Of a DNA stretch of 64,000 nt, positions 23,840 through 36,610 are shown one piece after another (position 1 is the stretch's first letter; each line of letters opens with the position of its first letter). Source of the stretch: Massalongia carnosa. Its lineage: Eukaryota. The notes under the pieces were generated by a model. The model did not search any database. It had not been told where the DNA came from and was given only the letters and a program-made list of their open reading frames with translations. The position numbers and the translations under genes are program-made. The stretch spans positions 682,001 to 746,000 of the forward strand of contig OZ287086.1 in assembly GCA_965645245.1 (NCBI GenBank), written 5' to 3'.

Positions 23840-26800
23840 ATGGCCGGTAACACGCCAGCAGTCTCTACAGGCGCGAAGGATTTTGGCACGATTTCTGGCA
23901 ACCAAGGCGCTGTGATCGGTGACGTCTCAGGCTATGCGAACGTGATTGGTTTGCGTCCTGTTCACATTGATATTGATCTTATGCTAAATCCTGATTAGGT
24001 TCTCAGACAAACAATATTGTTCAATGTCCAGGCAAGTCGCCATTCGCAATGATATAGCGTCCTGTGAGCCGAGGCTGATAGCATTTTGCGTTTGTAGAAA
24101 GACCCGATACCCCACCAAGCTCATCATCTGCTGTTCCTTTCCGCCGCGACCATGATTTCGTCGATCGCGGAACGCTACTTGATCAGATCCACGAAAAGTG
24201 CTCGGCGCCAGCATCAAGGGTAGCGCTTGTCGGCCTAGGCGGCGTTGGGTAAGCCAAAGGGCCTCAGGCTAGTTCTAATAGCTTACTTTCGCAAAGAAAG
24301 TCGCAGCTTGCCATCGAGTACTGCTATAGAATCAGAGAGCAGTTGCCGACGACGTGGGTGTTCTGGATACATGCTAGTAATGCAGCCCGTATCGAGCAAG
24401 GTTATCGGGATGTTGCAGAGCAAGTCAAGATTCCTGGCAGGGAGGATCCAAAGGCGGACATATTCCGGCTAGTTGACAAGTGGTTACGCGACGAGAAGAA
24501 CGGAAAGTGGGCTCTAGTCCTCGATAATGCCGACGAAGCTACTGTGCTTTTCGAAACTCATGCTACAGGCCAGAAGGCGCAGGATGGAGGCATTAGAAGC
24601 GGGCTCACGCAATCACTGTTAGCATATCTACCTCAGAGTCGAAACGGCTCGATTCTCATCACCTCCCGGACTAAAAGCGTGGCATTGCGGCTAGCAGAAG
24701 AAAGCGACATAATACCGGTTGAGCCGATGGACGATACACATGCGCTAGCGCTCCTTGAAAAGAAGCTGGGAGAACAGATGAACAGAGATGATACTGCTGA
24801 GCTAGCAGCAGCACTCGAATTCATGCCGCTTGCCATCATTCAAGCGGCCGCATACATTCGACAAAGAGTACCAAGATATTCTGTTCGACAGTACATAAAA
24901 GAGTTCTATAAAAACGATAAAAGAAAGACCAGTCTGTTGAATCACGAAGCGGGACATCTTCGCAGGGACCTGGAGGCTAAAAATTCAATCATTATAACCT
25001 GGCAAATATCGTTTGATCATATTCATCAGATCAAGCCTTCGGCAGCTAATCTGCTGTCGCTTATGAGCTTTTTCGATCGACAGGGAATTCCTGAGGCTTT
25101 ACTCAAGACACAAAACGAGGCAGGAAATGAAAATACGGGAGAAAATGCTGGAAATGACGAAGATGATGACCACGAAGACGATAGCGATAAGGATACCGTA
25201 TCCGATTCCAGCGTCGACGAGTTTGAAGACGATATACTTGTCTTGAGAAACTTCTCGTTCATCACCATCAGCATGGATGAAACCACCTTTGAGATGCACG
25301 GGCTAGTGCAGCTAGCGATCAGAAAGTGGCTAGAAGCATCCAATCAGCTCGAAAGATGGAAGCAGCAGTACATCAAGAATCTCAGTACAGTATTTCCGAC
25401 GGGAAATTACGAGAATTGGACAAAGTGTCAAGCGCTTTTTCCTCACGCAAAGTCGGCAGTAGCGCAGGAGCCAGCTGTCGAAAGCTCATTACAAGATTGG
25501 GCCTTGATACTATATCACGCTGCATGGTATGCGTGGGCGAAAGGGAGTTACGCTGAAGCAGCGACAATGGCCCTAAAAGCAACAAGAACCAGGCAAAAAG
25601 TGCTTGGTCCAGAGGATGAAGAGACATTGAATAGTATGGCTATGCTAGCATCGGCATACACGGGACAAGGACGATGGACGAAGGCCGAAGAGCTGCAGGT
25701 GCAAGTGATGGAGACGAGTGCGAGGGTGCTAGGGGCGGAGCATCCTTCCACGCTGACTAGCATGGCCAATCTTGCATTGACGCATTGGAATCAAGGACGA
25801 TGGACGGAGGCCGAAGAGCTGCAGGTGCAAGTGATGGAGGCGAGTGCGAGGGTGCTAGGGGCGGAGCATCCTTCCACGCTGACTTGCATGGCCAATCTTG
25901 CGTTAACGTATTGGAATCAAGGACGATGGACGGAGGCCGAAGAGCTGCAGGTGCAAGTGATGGAGCCGAGTGCGAGGGTGCTAGGGGCGGAGCATCCTTC
26001 CACGCTGATTAGCATGGCCAATCTTGCGTCGACGTACAGGAATCAAGGACGATGGACAGAGGCCGAAGAGCTGGAGGTGCAAGTGATGGAGACGAGAAAG
26101 AGGGTGCTAGGGGCGGAGCATCCAGACACGCTGAATAGCATGGCCAATCTTACGTTGACGTACAGGAATCAAGGACGATGGACGGAGGCCGTAGAGCTGC
26201 AGGTGCAAGTGATGGAGATGAGTGCGAGGGTGCTAGGGGCGGAGCATCCTTCCACGCTGACTAGCATGGCCAATCTTGCGTCGACGTACAGGAATCAAGG
26301 ACGATGGACAGAGGCCGAAGAGCTGGAGGTGCAAGTGATGGAGACGAGAAAGAGGGTGCTAGGGGCGGAGCATCCAGACACGCTGACTAGCATGGCCAAT
26401 CTTGCGTTGACGTATTCGAATCAAGGACGATGGACGGAGGCCGAAAAGCTGCAGGTGCAAGTGATGGAGACGAGTGTGAGGGTGCTAGGGGCGGAGCATC
26501 CTTCCACGCTGATTAGCATGAACAATCTTGCGTCGACGTATTCGAATCAAGGACGATGGACGGAGGTCGAAGAGCTGCAGGTGCAAGTGATGGAGACGAG
26601 TGCGAGGGTGCTAGGGGCGGAGCATCCTTCCACGCAGACTAGCATGAACAATCTTGCGTTGACGCATTGGAATCAAGGACGATGGACAGAGGCCGAAGAG
26701 CTGCAGGTGCAAGTGATGACGACGAGAAAGAGGGTGCTAGGGGCGGAGCATCCAGACACGCTAACTATCATGGCCAATCTTGCGTCGACGTATTCGAATC

Positions 26801-28458
26801 AAGGACGATGGACGGAGGCCGAAGAGCTGCAGGTGCAAGTGATGGAGACGAGTGCGAGGGTGCTAGGGGCGGAGCATCCTTCCACGCTGACTAGCATAGC
26901 CAATCTTGCGTCGACGTACAGGAATCAAGGACGATGGACGGAGGCCGAAAAGCTGCAGGTGCAAGTGATGGAGACGAGTGCGAGGGTGCTAGGGGCGGAG
27001 CATCCTTCCACGCTGACTAGCATGGCCAATCTTGCGTCGACGTACAGGAATCAAGGACGATGGACGGAGGCCGAAGAGCTGGAGGTGCAAGAGGTGGAGA
27101 CGAGTGCGAGGGTGCTAGGGGCGGAGCATCCTTCCACGCTGACTAGCATGGCCAATCTTGCGTCGACGTACACGAATCAAGGACGATGGACGGAGGCCGT
27201 AGAGCTGCAGGTGCAAGTGATGGAGATGAGTGCGAGGGTGCTAGGGGCGGAGCATCCTTCCACGCTGATTAGCATGGCCAATCTTGCGTCGACGTACAGG
27301 AATCAAGGACGATGGACGGAGGCCGAAGAGCTGCAGGTGCAAGTGATGGAGACGAGTGCGAGGGTGCTAGGGGCGGAGCATCCTTCCACGCTGACTAGCA
27401 TGGCCAATCTTGCGTCGACGTACAGGAATCAAGGACGATGGACAGAGGCCGAAGAGCTGGAGGTGCAAGTGATGGAGACGAGAAAGAGGGTGCTAGGGGC
27501 GGAGCATCCAGACACGCTGGCTAGCATGGCCAATCTTGCGTTGACGTATTGGAATCAAGGACGATGGACGGAGGCCGAAAAGCTGCAGGTGCAAGTGATG
27601 GAGACGAGTGTGAGGGTGCTAGGGGCGGAGCATCCTTCCACGCTGATTAGCATGAACAATCTTGCGTCGACGTATTCGAATCAAGGACGATGGACGGAGG
27701 CCGAAGAGCTGCAGGTGCAAGTGATGGAGACGAGTGCGAGGGTGCTAGGGGCGGAGCATCCTTCCACGCAGACTAGCATGAACAATCTTGCGTCGACGTA
27801 CAGGAATCAAGGACGATGGACAGAGGCCGAAGAGCTGGAGGTGCAAGTGATGGAGACGAGAAAGAGGGTGCTAGGGGCGAAGCATCCAGACACGCTGACT
27901 AGCATGGCCAATCTTGCGTTGACGTATTGGAATCAAGGACGATGGACGGAGGCCGAAGAGCTGCAGGTGCAAGTGATGGAGACGAGTGTGAGGGTGCTAG
28001 GGGCGGAGCATCATTTCACGCTGATTAGCATGAACAATCTTGCGTCGACGTACACGAATCAAGGACGATGGACGGAGGCCGAAGAACTGCAGGTGCAAGT
28101 GATGGAGACGAGTGCGAGGGTGCTAGGGGCGGAGCATCCTTCCACGCAGACTAGCATGAACAATCTTGCGTCGACGTACAGGAATCAAGGACGATGGACG
28201 GAGGCCGAAGAGCTGCAGGTGCAAGTGATGACGACGAGAAAGAGGGTGCTAGGGGCGGAGCATCCAGACACGCTGACTAGCATGAGCAACCTTGCATTCA
28301 CGTGGAAGTTTCAAGGCCGCAATGATGAGGCTCTCTCACTGCTAAAGGAATGTTTTCAGCTACGAAGACACAAATTGGGTCCTCAACATCCTGATACAGA
28401 GTCTTTGCTTGAGCTTCTCAATGGTTGGCAGATGGAGAGTTTATCATTAGAGTCTTAA
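23840..28458 (+). CDS. Fungal NLR: short N-terminal amyloid-like motif, NB-ARC domain, TPR array; predicted join(23840..23948,23999..24031,24098..24248,24297..28458)
   Basis: Splicing restores ERPDTPP...VPFRRDHDFVDR...P-loop GLGGVGKSQLA in frame with the 1371-aa ORF; Walker B LVLDNAD; LPQSRNGSILITSR; MPLAI; MHGLVQ; 42-aa TPRs. Intron 2 is GC-AG. Confidence 0.92.
25640..28290 (+). repeat. Array of 21 near-identical 126-bp (42-aa) TPR units
   Basis: GGACGATGG (GRW) recurs every 126 bp from 25669 to 28189. Confidence 0.95.
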
Positions 28459-28465
28459 AGCAATT

Positions 28466-28466
28466 C

Positions 28467-28499
<33 letters not shown>

Positions 28500-31400
28500 A
28501 TTCTTATTCCGATGTGGTACCGGCCGAAGGCCGACCCATGCGGGCGAGTCTATCTAGTTTTATAGTACATGGAAAACCTTTTGAGGAAGAAAAACCATGC
28601 AATCCTGTGTCCGGCCGAGGACCCTCCAGGTCCCAGCCGTGTGCTCCATGAAAAAATTTTTGACCTAAGACAAGTATGAAAAATGAAACAAAGCATGCCT
28701 ACTGATAGCAGTATAGACGCTATGCTGTCAGCGAAAATTGTGACAAAAAACCTGTCTTCATTAGCCACATTGTGACTAATTTCATTGCTTTAGATGACTT
28801 AGTGATTAATCGATAGTTGTTTGTGCCTATCGTATTTAGCAGAGTTTTTCTGTTGTCGTTGAGTTTGCAAAACATGATCACATGTTTTGCAGTCTGTTTG
28901 CGCCAGCCGCATGAGCATTTCGGGGACGAGACGTCTGGGACTCGGAGTCTATGTAGGAAGGTAGCTAGGCCTATCTTTTCTGAGCGTATCTGAATGGCTA
29001 GCGCGCTCTCCGCTTTGGCTAGAGTTTCGTGCAATTTGATGCGTTTTTGGAGAGTGTACCTGATTGTGCCGGGGTGGGAACGGGTGTGCGTTCCTGATAT
29101 GATCTCCACGAGGCCTGCCATGCAACTGTTTGTCGTTTTTTTATTTGAGCAGTTTTTTTGTTATGAGCGGCGCGTGCCTCCCCTATTTCTCGGGCGAGAT
29201 TCGGGGGGGATTCGGCCCATGGTGGATTTGGTGTCGGTGTTGGAGGGTTATATGCCTCCGATGTGATTCTCTTGGCCCAGGAGTATTTCAGCGTTCATGG
29301 AGTGATGACTGGGGCCCTCTTGCGTCCTGCCCGACCTCGAAGTTATTGGCTATTTTGTTGCATGCATTTGTTATGAAACTCTTTTGGCCATTTCGACACA
29401 GGCGTTGTCTGGTCTGGGCCTGTAGTTGATCTAAATGTATGTCAATTGAGGCTATAAATGTCTCTGCTTCTAGTGCAGCCATAGGCCTTGCTTTGAAGGC
29501 TCAGGCTAAGTTTCTTTGACATTTGTTTTGTATGACAGCCAGTTTGTTTGAGATGATGTTTGATTTTTGAATTTCTTTTGGTATGTGCCAAATGGTAGAG
29601 CCGTACGTCATGGCCGGCCGGACTACGGCGGTGTAAACTTGGCGTGCCTTTAGAAGAGTGGCGCCCCATGTTGAGGTGGATATTTTTGTCAATGCCCTGG
29701 ATTGTTTTGTCATTTATTCCTGGATATTCCTTGTGTGAACACCCTATTTCAATTTTGAATCGATTTGAAGTCTAGAATTCTGATTTCTGTCTTTGGTTTT
29801 ATTTTGTTATTTCCTATTTGAATAACAGTGAACATGTTGAATTTCTTCGGATTTCTTGACAGATGTATCAATTCGTATTTCTTCGGAGCAAAGACTGAAC
29901 CATGTCGACTTGCCCATTTTTCACATTTTTTGTGAATTACCTCTAGCGTCTTGCAATTTTCTTCGGTGCTTTTTCCGTATGCTAGCATATTGATGTCAAA
30001 TACGAAGGCTAGAGCACTCGTGTTGCTGCCTGGTCTTTCACATATGTCTAGTAGGTCTGCATTGTAGAACAGATAAAGAATAGGAGAAATAGGGGAGCCT
30101 TGTGGGATTCCGGTTTTTACATCGAATATGCCCGTGACTCGGCTGTGAATCGCCAGGGTAGTGCTTCTTTTATTCAGAAAACTGTTCCTCCAGTCAGTAA
30201 TCCACATTGGGATTTTCCTTTTGCGAATATTGTGAATCAGTCTTCGATTTGTCACTGTGTCATAGGCTCCTGCTACGTATATGCTCAATAATGTTGCTAC
30301 TTTGTCTGTGCCTTAGCCCAACACTCTTTGAATTTGTTTAGTCAACAATTCTATTGCAGATTCGGTTGATCTTCCTCGTCTGGCGCCGATCTAGGTGTCG
30401 GGCAGGAGTCGGTAGGTTTCCGCTAGATGGTTTATTTTTTGTAATATGATAGATTCCAATACTTTTCCAAGCGTTTTTAGGAGGGCTATGGGTCGATAGG
30501 CGTTCGGGGCCGAATAGTCATCCTTGCCTCTTTTCTTGAGCGTGATTGTGTTGGCTGTTTTAAATGCACGAGGATGATATGCTTGATCTACACATGCTTG
30601 AAAGAGTAGGGTCAGTAATTCGATTAGCTTTTCCGAGCATGCCTTTACAATTCTGTTGGCAATTCTGTTCGGACCCGAGGCCGTATCGGGCTTGAGTCGG
30701 CGTATGGCTTCTATCACCACTAGTTTGGTTATGATCATTGGACATTGTGGCGGGCTGGGGTAAAATAAACCCTCTATGTCGCTGAGGTCGGCCGGAGGAA
30801 CGGGTGTATAAATTTTCTGTTTTAGCATGTCCGATTTCTCCTCGAACGTCTCTGCTACATAGTCGTCTCGAACGAGATTGGGCATTTTGGGAATTTCTCT
30901 TGTCTGGTCACTTTTGTCTTTCACCCATTTGGCTAGTCGCATGAGACCAGTCGGCGATTCAGTGGCTTTTTCTATTTCCTTGCGGAACGACAGTCTTTTA
31001 GCCTTTTGAATGATTTTTTGATTTCTGTAATTGGATTTTGGGTATGTTATCCAATCAGAAATGTCTCTGAAATTTGACCAGATACGTCTGAGCCTACGAG
31101 TTTCTTTCGTGATCACACTGCATTCATTATTCCAAAAGGGTTTGGCGTACTTACTGGGTCTAGCCCAAGGTACAGAGGTTTCTATCACTTCTTGAAGTAT
31201 ATTCTGAATTGACACGGTGTAAGCATCGATTTCGGCGGGGTATCGGGGGGTCTTCGGGAGGAGCGCCCTCTTTTCCGCTTCTCTCAATTTTCTGATATTC
31301 GTCAGTTTCCAGGCCCTGCGTTCTCTGATTGTTTGAACCTTACTGTTCAGCGCAATTCGGGTGGAGGTCGGAATGTGATCGGACGACTGATTGAGTTCCG

Positions 31401-32250
31401 GTCTTAACATGCAATGTTCAAGTCTATCCGTTAATTCTTCTGACACGAATACAAGATCGATTGTGCTAGACGATTGTCAAGCCTCCCATATAATGGTGCC
31501 CTTTGGAAGTGTTAGTGATATATTTGCCTCTTCAATTATGTTCGGTAATTGTTCGGACTCCGCATGTTAAGTAGGCCTCGACGAATGATTCCACAATGGA
31601 TGATGTAGGTTGAAGCCGCCCAGTAAAATGTGTTGTCACTGCAATTAATTGGCGTTTCACTGTTGCTAGAGTAGACGGACATTCTATAGAAGAGTAGGAA
31701 ATGGGAGAGGGATTATAAACATTGTGGATATGGATCACCTTTGATGTGTTTCCAGTTTTCATTCGAACTTTTAAGGTGCATATGTCGGCCGACGGATACT
31801 CTGCTTCCCAGCTATCAGGGTCAATAGTATCATTTATATAGAAACACACTCTGGTATCTCTATTTGGGCGAAATAATAAATGAAACCCACTTGGATGTGA
31901 GCTTAAGTTGGTAGGAATAGATGGATTGCGCCAGGGTTCCTGAATTGCGATAATGTCATAGTCTTGAGTGTTCGGATCGGCTAAGAGGGGTAAAATTGTA
32001 CTCATTCTGTCATTTCTGATATTGTACTACAATATCGAGAGAGATTTCGTGTCCATTATAGGACGTCTATTGATTCGGCCTGGGAGATCGAGGGGTCGTT
32101 GGTGGTGCTGTGTGCTCTGATTATCGCCGGGGCAGTAGATACAGCTCGGGGTCTGAGTGGAGGTCTACCTACAACTGGTTTTGTATAGGCCTTTGTCATA
32201 TTTTCTGGATTCATGATGCCCGTGTCAGCCCAGGATATTCCCGTTCGTGG
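28466..32250 (-). mobile_element. Degenerate Tad-like LINE (end of ORF1, ORF2 APE-RT, (CAT)n tail)
   Basis: Fragmented ORFs homologous to 51521-54895 (DIIAIQEPW, GIPQGSPISP, QIRSEKIGL, CSCG...KHV); (ATG)n tract at 28468-28497. Confidence 0.92.
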
Positions 32251-33047
32251 GCTAAGAATTATAAATAAAGTTAACATATCCTTCGTGAAGTCTCTATCCC
32301 AGTTTTCGTTCATCTCACTGGTGCGTTTTACGGCCCAAGACTATTGATAAATTCTACGATTGGGGTAAACGACGTCCCTTTCGCCCAGGTTAAACCCAGT
32401 TTAATCCTTAAGCATATATCAAGGGAGAGTCTAGCCGTAGCCCATGCGCTGGCGTACCGACGGGGTCTCGTTACGAGCGAGATAGACATTCCCTGCTCTG
32501 TATACACCGACATGCGCATACTATCCTCTCGGGCTTTGCAGACGGTCTCCGTACGGTGGCCGCCATTGCATACTACTCCTCATAGGTTTTTTACGCCCAC
32601 TTCGCGTTACTCACAAAGGTCTCCCGTTTATGAACCGACTATATCTCTCAAGGATTTCGACCACTATGCTCCTGACCAGGCAGTATATTATCGATTTTCC
32701 GTCCCTAATAACCAAAACGAGTCGAGGACAACTCGAAGGGGCGCACGTTTGAAATTCGTCTATTAGCTCGGGGCCTAGACTGTTATCAATTAACGGGTTC
32801 CTCGTATATTGCCCTCTTCTTGTCCCAAGGGTTTCCTATTTAATGACTAGGTTGCCTCCACCATCCCCGGTACGACTCCGGTTCGGGCCGTATTACTCAC
32901 GGTAGCCATCAATTGGATGGTTTTCATAACCCAAATCCCTTGTATCGTTTAGGGTGTGACCCTATACTATTTGTCTATATGTTTTATTTCTTTCAGCAGG
33001 AGGGCTCCGTGTTGTAGACGAAGGAGACCCGTGTGATAGACATAGCT
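32250..33047. repeat. ~800-bp non-coding dispersed repeat, copy 2
   Basis: Colinear with 13443-14240. Confidence 0.85.
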
Positions 33048-33394
33048 GACCCGCGTCGTACGTCCTTAGCTTTCAGCCGATGACTGCAGGGAAGGACTTA
33101 AACCTTTAAGAGTATGACCGAACGTTGTCAACGAAGTCTATGAAAATCTTTTAACGAGATCTTCGAGGACAATATTAACGAAGTTCCGCTGAACTCTTTT
33201 CAGTCGTTTTGTGATCTATCGAGGTCTACCCGTGTCAAATCCGCACCATGCCCTTGTCAAATACATTTTTCTCAGCTGATGAATGCTAGAAAGGACTTGA
33301 ACCTCTAAAAATATGTATTCCGATATGAACGGGATGTAGATCTGTCTTAATGAGCATCCGCAGAAACCCCTTCACAGGGACGTGTTATGGATTT

Positions 33395-33560
33395 GTGACT
33401 ATGTTTGTTGAGACTGTGTGTTTTGTAACTGTATGTTTTGTGACTGTATATTTTATAAATGTGTGTTTTGTGACTGTGTGTTTGTGACTGTATGCTTTGT
33501 GGTTGTATGCTTTGCAAAACGTGTGATTGATGACTATGTGTTTTGTGACTCTGTGTTTTC
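33395..33560. repeat. Degenerate 15-bp minisatellite (TGTGTTTTGTGACTG-like)
   Basis: About ten TG-rich units with 15-bp periodicity. Confidence 0.8.
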
Positions 33561-34094
33561 CTCGATTTCATTTAACAGGCCGGGCCTATTTAATGGGATA
33601 TTGTTATTCTGCTCCGAGATTGAGTTTTCTTGAGGTAACAGCATTCGCCCCGGTGCCTTTACGCGTTCTGTTGATCCCAGCTGATGACTGAATGGGGAAA
33701 CTTAAACTCTTAAGAGCTAGAACGCGTATCGACTCTTCCCGGGTAGGGGATGATGCGGCTCCTTTGGTCCGTATCTTCTTCCAGCTGATGACTACATAAA
33801 GGGACTTGAACCCTTAGAAGCATGGTGCAGGGACGCGCGCATTCGACCCTCCGGCGGTTGGCCTTCGTATCCTCTTCCGTACGTACGTCTGCGACGCGTA
33901 TGAACGCGTTAAATTAGCATTGTTTTGATTCGAAGAGATATGAGTAAATCTATATATTTGAGGGTCGACCCACGATGAGGCCTTTGGCGTCTCCGTGGTG
34001 AGGACCGATGGTGTAGAAGGAGGAGGACTGATCGTGTAAAAGGAGGAGGATCGATCCATGCTTCAACGCGCAATTGATATTTATCTACTTATAA

Positions 34095-36348
34095 ATAATA
34101 TTTGCAAAAATAGCAAAGACAATCTATTTATCGTCAATTTTTCTCCGTTTTTACTTCGTGTTAATAATAATCTATAGTCATCGAAAAATTATCGATTTTA
34201 CAATTTTTCTTTGTAAGTTCTTTTTATTTCTTTATTTTTATTTATTCATTGAGCGTATTCAACCTAAGGTTATGATACTGATCTATTTTAGGATATGATT
34301 CCATAATACAAAAAATCAACCCTTTATAACCTATCTATGTATCGTCAATTTTTCCCCGTTTTCACTCCGTGTTATTAACAACCTATAGTAATCGAAAAAT
34401 TATCGATTTTACAATTTGTCTTTCTAAGTCCGTAAATGTTTCAGCATAAATCGTTTCTGATTTTACTCTTCAATTTCTCCCCAACCTCCAGTTTCGACAA
34501 TTTCGTCATCAAGATAACCTAGTATCTATTTTCTAGTCGCGATTTTGTTATTGACAATGAATTTAATCAAAATGTCATTTTCGATTTTTGTATTAAACAA
34601 AATATTGAAATAAATCGTAGTATCGAAATTTTGTTTCATATATTAAATTTTATCGAAATAATGAATACAATTCAATAATACGTTTGCTGGCGTTTGTCGT
34701 TGATTGCATCGATTTGTGCATTTCGACGAATTATAATCTTTTAATAGATGTAAATATGATCGAAAATAGCCGTGTCCGAAATTTAATTGCATAATAGTAG
34801 CAAATATCAATTTGGAACAGTTATTTGATAAATAATAAAAACTCAATATGCCAGGTTTTATTTCGATCGATTACTATAGGTTGTTACTAAGACGGAGTAA
34901 AAACGGGGAAAAATTGACGATACATAGATATCTTATAAAGGGTTGAATTGTTCGTATTATATAAACATATACTAAAATAGTTTAGTATCATAACCTTAGG
35001 TTGAATACACCTAATAAATAAATAAATTAAAAAAAGATAGGCGGATAGAAAACAATTCTACAATTGACGCAGTAACGAATGTCGTTCATGACATTGAAAT
35101 GAAATATCGTAATAAGAACGTTTATCATGTTTATTTCTTGTTGAAATAGGTTTATGACTATGGCTCTATTGCTATGTAATAATAAATGTATGTATGACCG
35201 TGATGTTAAGGATAAAGAGTTGCTAGGCAGCAATCTTTTCCTATTACTGGTCACCCCCTTCTAAGCGAGGTGATCTTATCTTATCTTGGGACTAAGCCTA
35301 ATGCGGCATCTACGGTTTCCGTAGATGATCTGTCTATCTAGGACAGCCGTAGGTGCTATATTCATCGTACTGATAGGTGTTCATTGTGCTGGTAGGAATT
35401 GGATATTCAACATTTCTCGACTTTAAAGGCGCAATTAACTATTTGTCAATTAATCAGTTGTTAAATATCATGAAAAATCTGTTAATTATCTCGCATAGTT
35501 ATTCAATAGGTCAAACATTTTATGACAAAATGATCGGTCAATCTAATATTCGATGAAAATAAGAGCAAAACGTATTATCTCGAATCAGGAATTCCACAAG
35601 GCTCACCTATTTCGCCTATATAATTTCTATTTAAATTAGTAATATATTTCCGAAAGTTCAAATAAAATTCAATGAATATTCTCCTTGTTTTATTAGCGAT
35701 GTAGCAATATATCAATACATGTCGAAAAAAAAAACTGCAAAACAGAGTTGCAAAGAAATCGAAATCATAGTAAAAACTGCATTTGATTAGGCCGTATCGA
35801 ATAATGTCAAATTTGATGATGAAAAATCCGAACTGATCTACTTTGAAAAGACAAGAAATACCTTGAAAGACGCTGATATTACTAAATGGAACTATACTTG
35901 AACCGAAAAATGTAGTCAAATGGTTAGGAATCTGGCTAGATCAAAAATTGAATTACAAAAAGACGTCGAAACATGAAGTTCTTCTGCAAATCGGTTGTTC
36001 TTTGGGATTAAAAATTTGATTAAATCGGAATTGGGTCTGAAACCGAATTCATGCAGACAGCTTTATTTGTCAAACATTTTTTCTATTTCGGATTATGGTT
36101 CGGAAATCTTATACAACGGTCAAAAGAAATATGAAAAACAATTTCAGAATTTGCACAATCGGATGATTCGAAAGATTTTTGAAAATTCAGAACAATACCT
36201 GTTCAGGTGATAGAAATTCAATCGCATGTTTTACCAGTCAAACTACGATTATTGATGAAAACTCTGAAATATGCTATTCGATTGTTGAATATTGCAGAAA
36301 ATAATACCATTTGTAAAAGAATTACAAACAAATATTCGATGAAATTTT
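34095..36348. mobile_element. Cluster of fragments of the RNase H-type LINE: 3' ends in both orientations (34095-35035) and an RT fragment (35036-36348, +)
   Basis: Matches the 3' UTR at 12630-12860 and ORF2 segments (GHGYFRSYL, GIPQGSPISP, GLKPNSCRQLY). Confidence 0.85.
35139..35412 (-). mobile_element. Solo LTR (274 bp)
   Basis: TGTTGAA...TTCAACA termini; perfect TSD TTTCT; same family as 5975-13006. Confidence 0.92.
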
Positions 36349-36610
36349 AAGGTAACGCACGTCCTGACTTAAGCGAATCGTTAGTTATAACCGATCTCCG
36401 ATCTCCGTCTGGGACACGGCTCGTCTTCCTATTCTTCTTTTTATTGTACCAATCATAATCACTGTAATTAAATCAATGAAATCCTGACCCGAAGAAGTGG
36501 GGTTATAGGATAAAGACCCGATCGTCCACTTCTTTTGAGGGGTCACTAATCAATTTATTAATTTACTACTCTATTCGTATATTTATCTCGAATCCATATA
36601 GTAGTCACGC

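Noticed and set aside
25640..28290. Regular repeat array that could be mistaken for CRISPR
   Set aside because: Contiguous 126-bp in-frame coding units with no unique spacers, in a eukaryotic context.
32625..32730. GAGATATAGTCGG (minus strand) resembling a group I intron S element
   Set aside because: Copy 1 reads GAGACATGGTCGG, no convincing P/Q/R elements were found, and the apparent covariation is explainable by C>T/G>A drift.
33347..33571. His/Ser/Lys-rich ORF
   Set aside because: Translation of a 15-bp minisatellite; no independent evidence of coding.
33273..33715. CTGATGA...GAAA as hammerhead ribozymes
   Set aside because: GAAA is present in only two of four copies, and I could not form stems I/III or a cleavage triplet.
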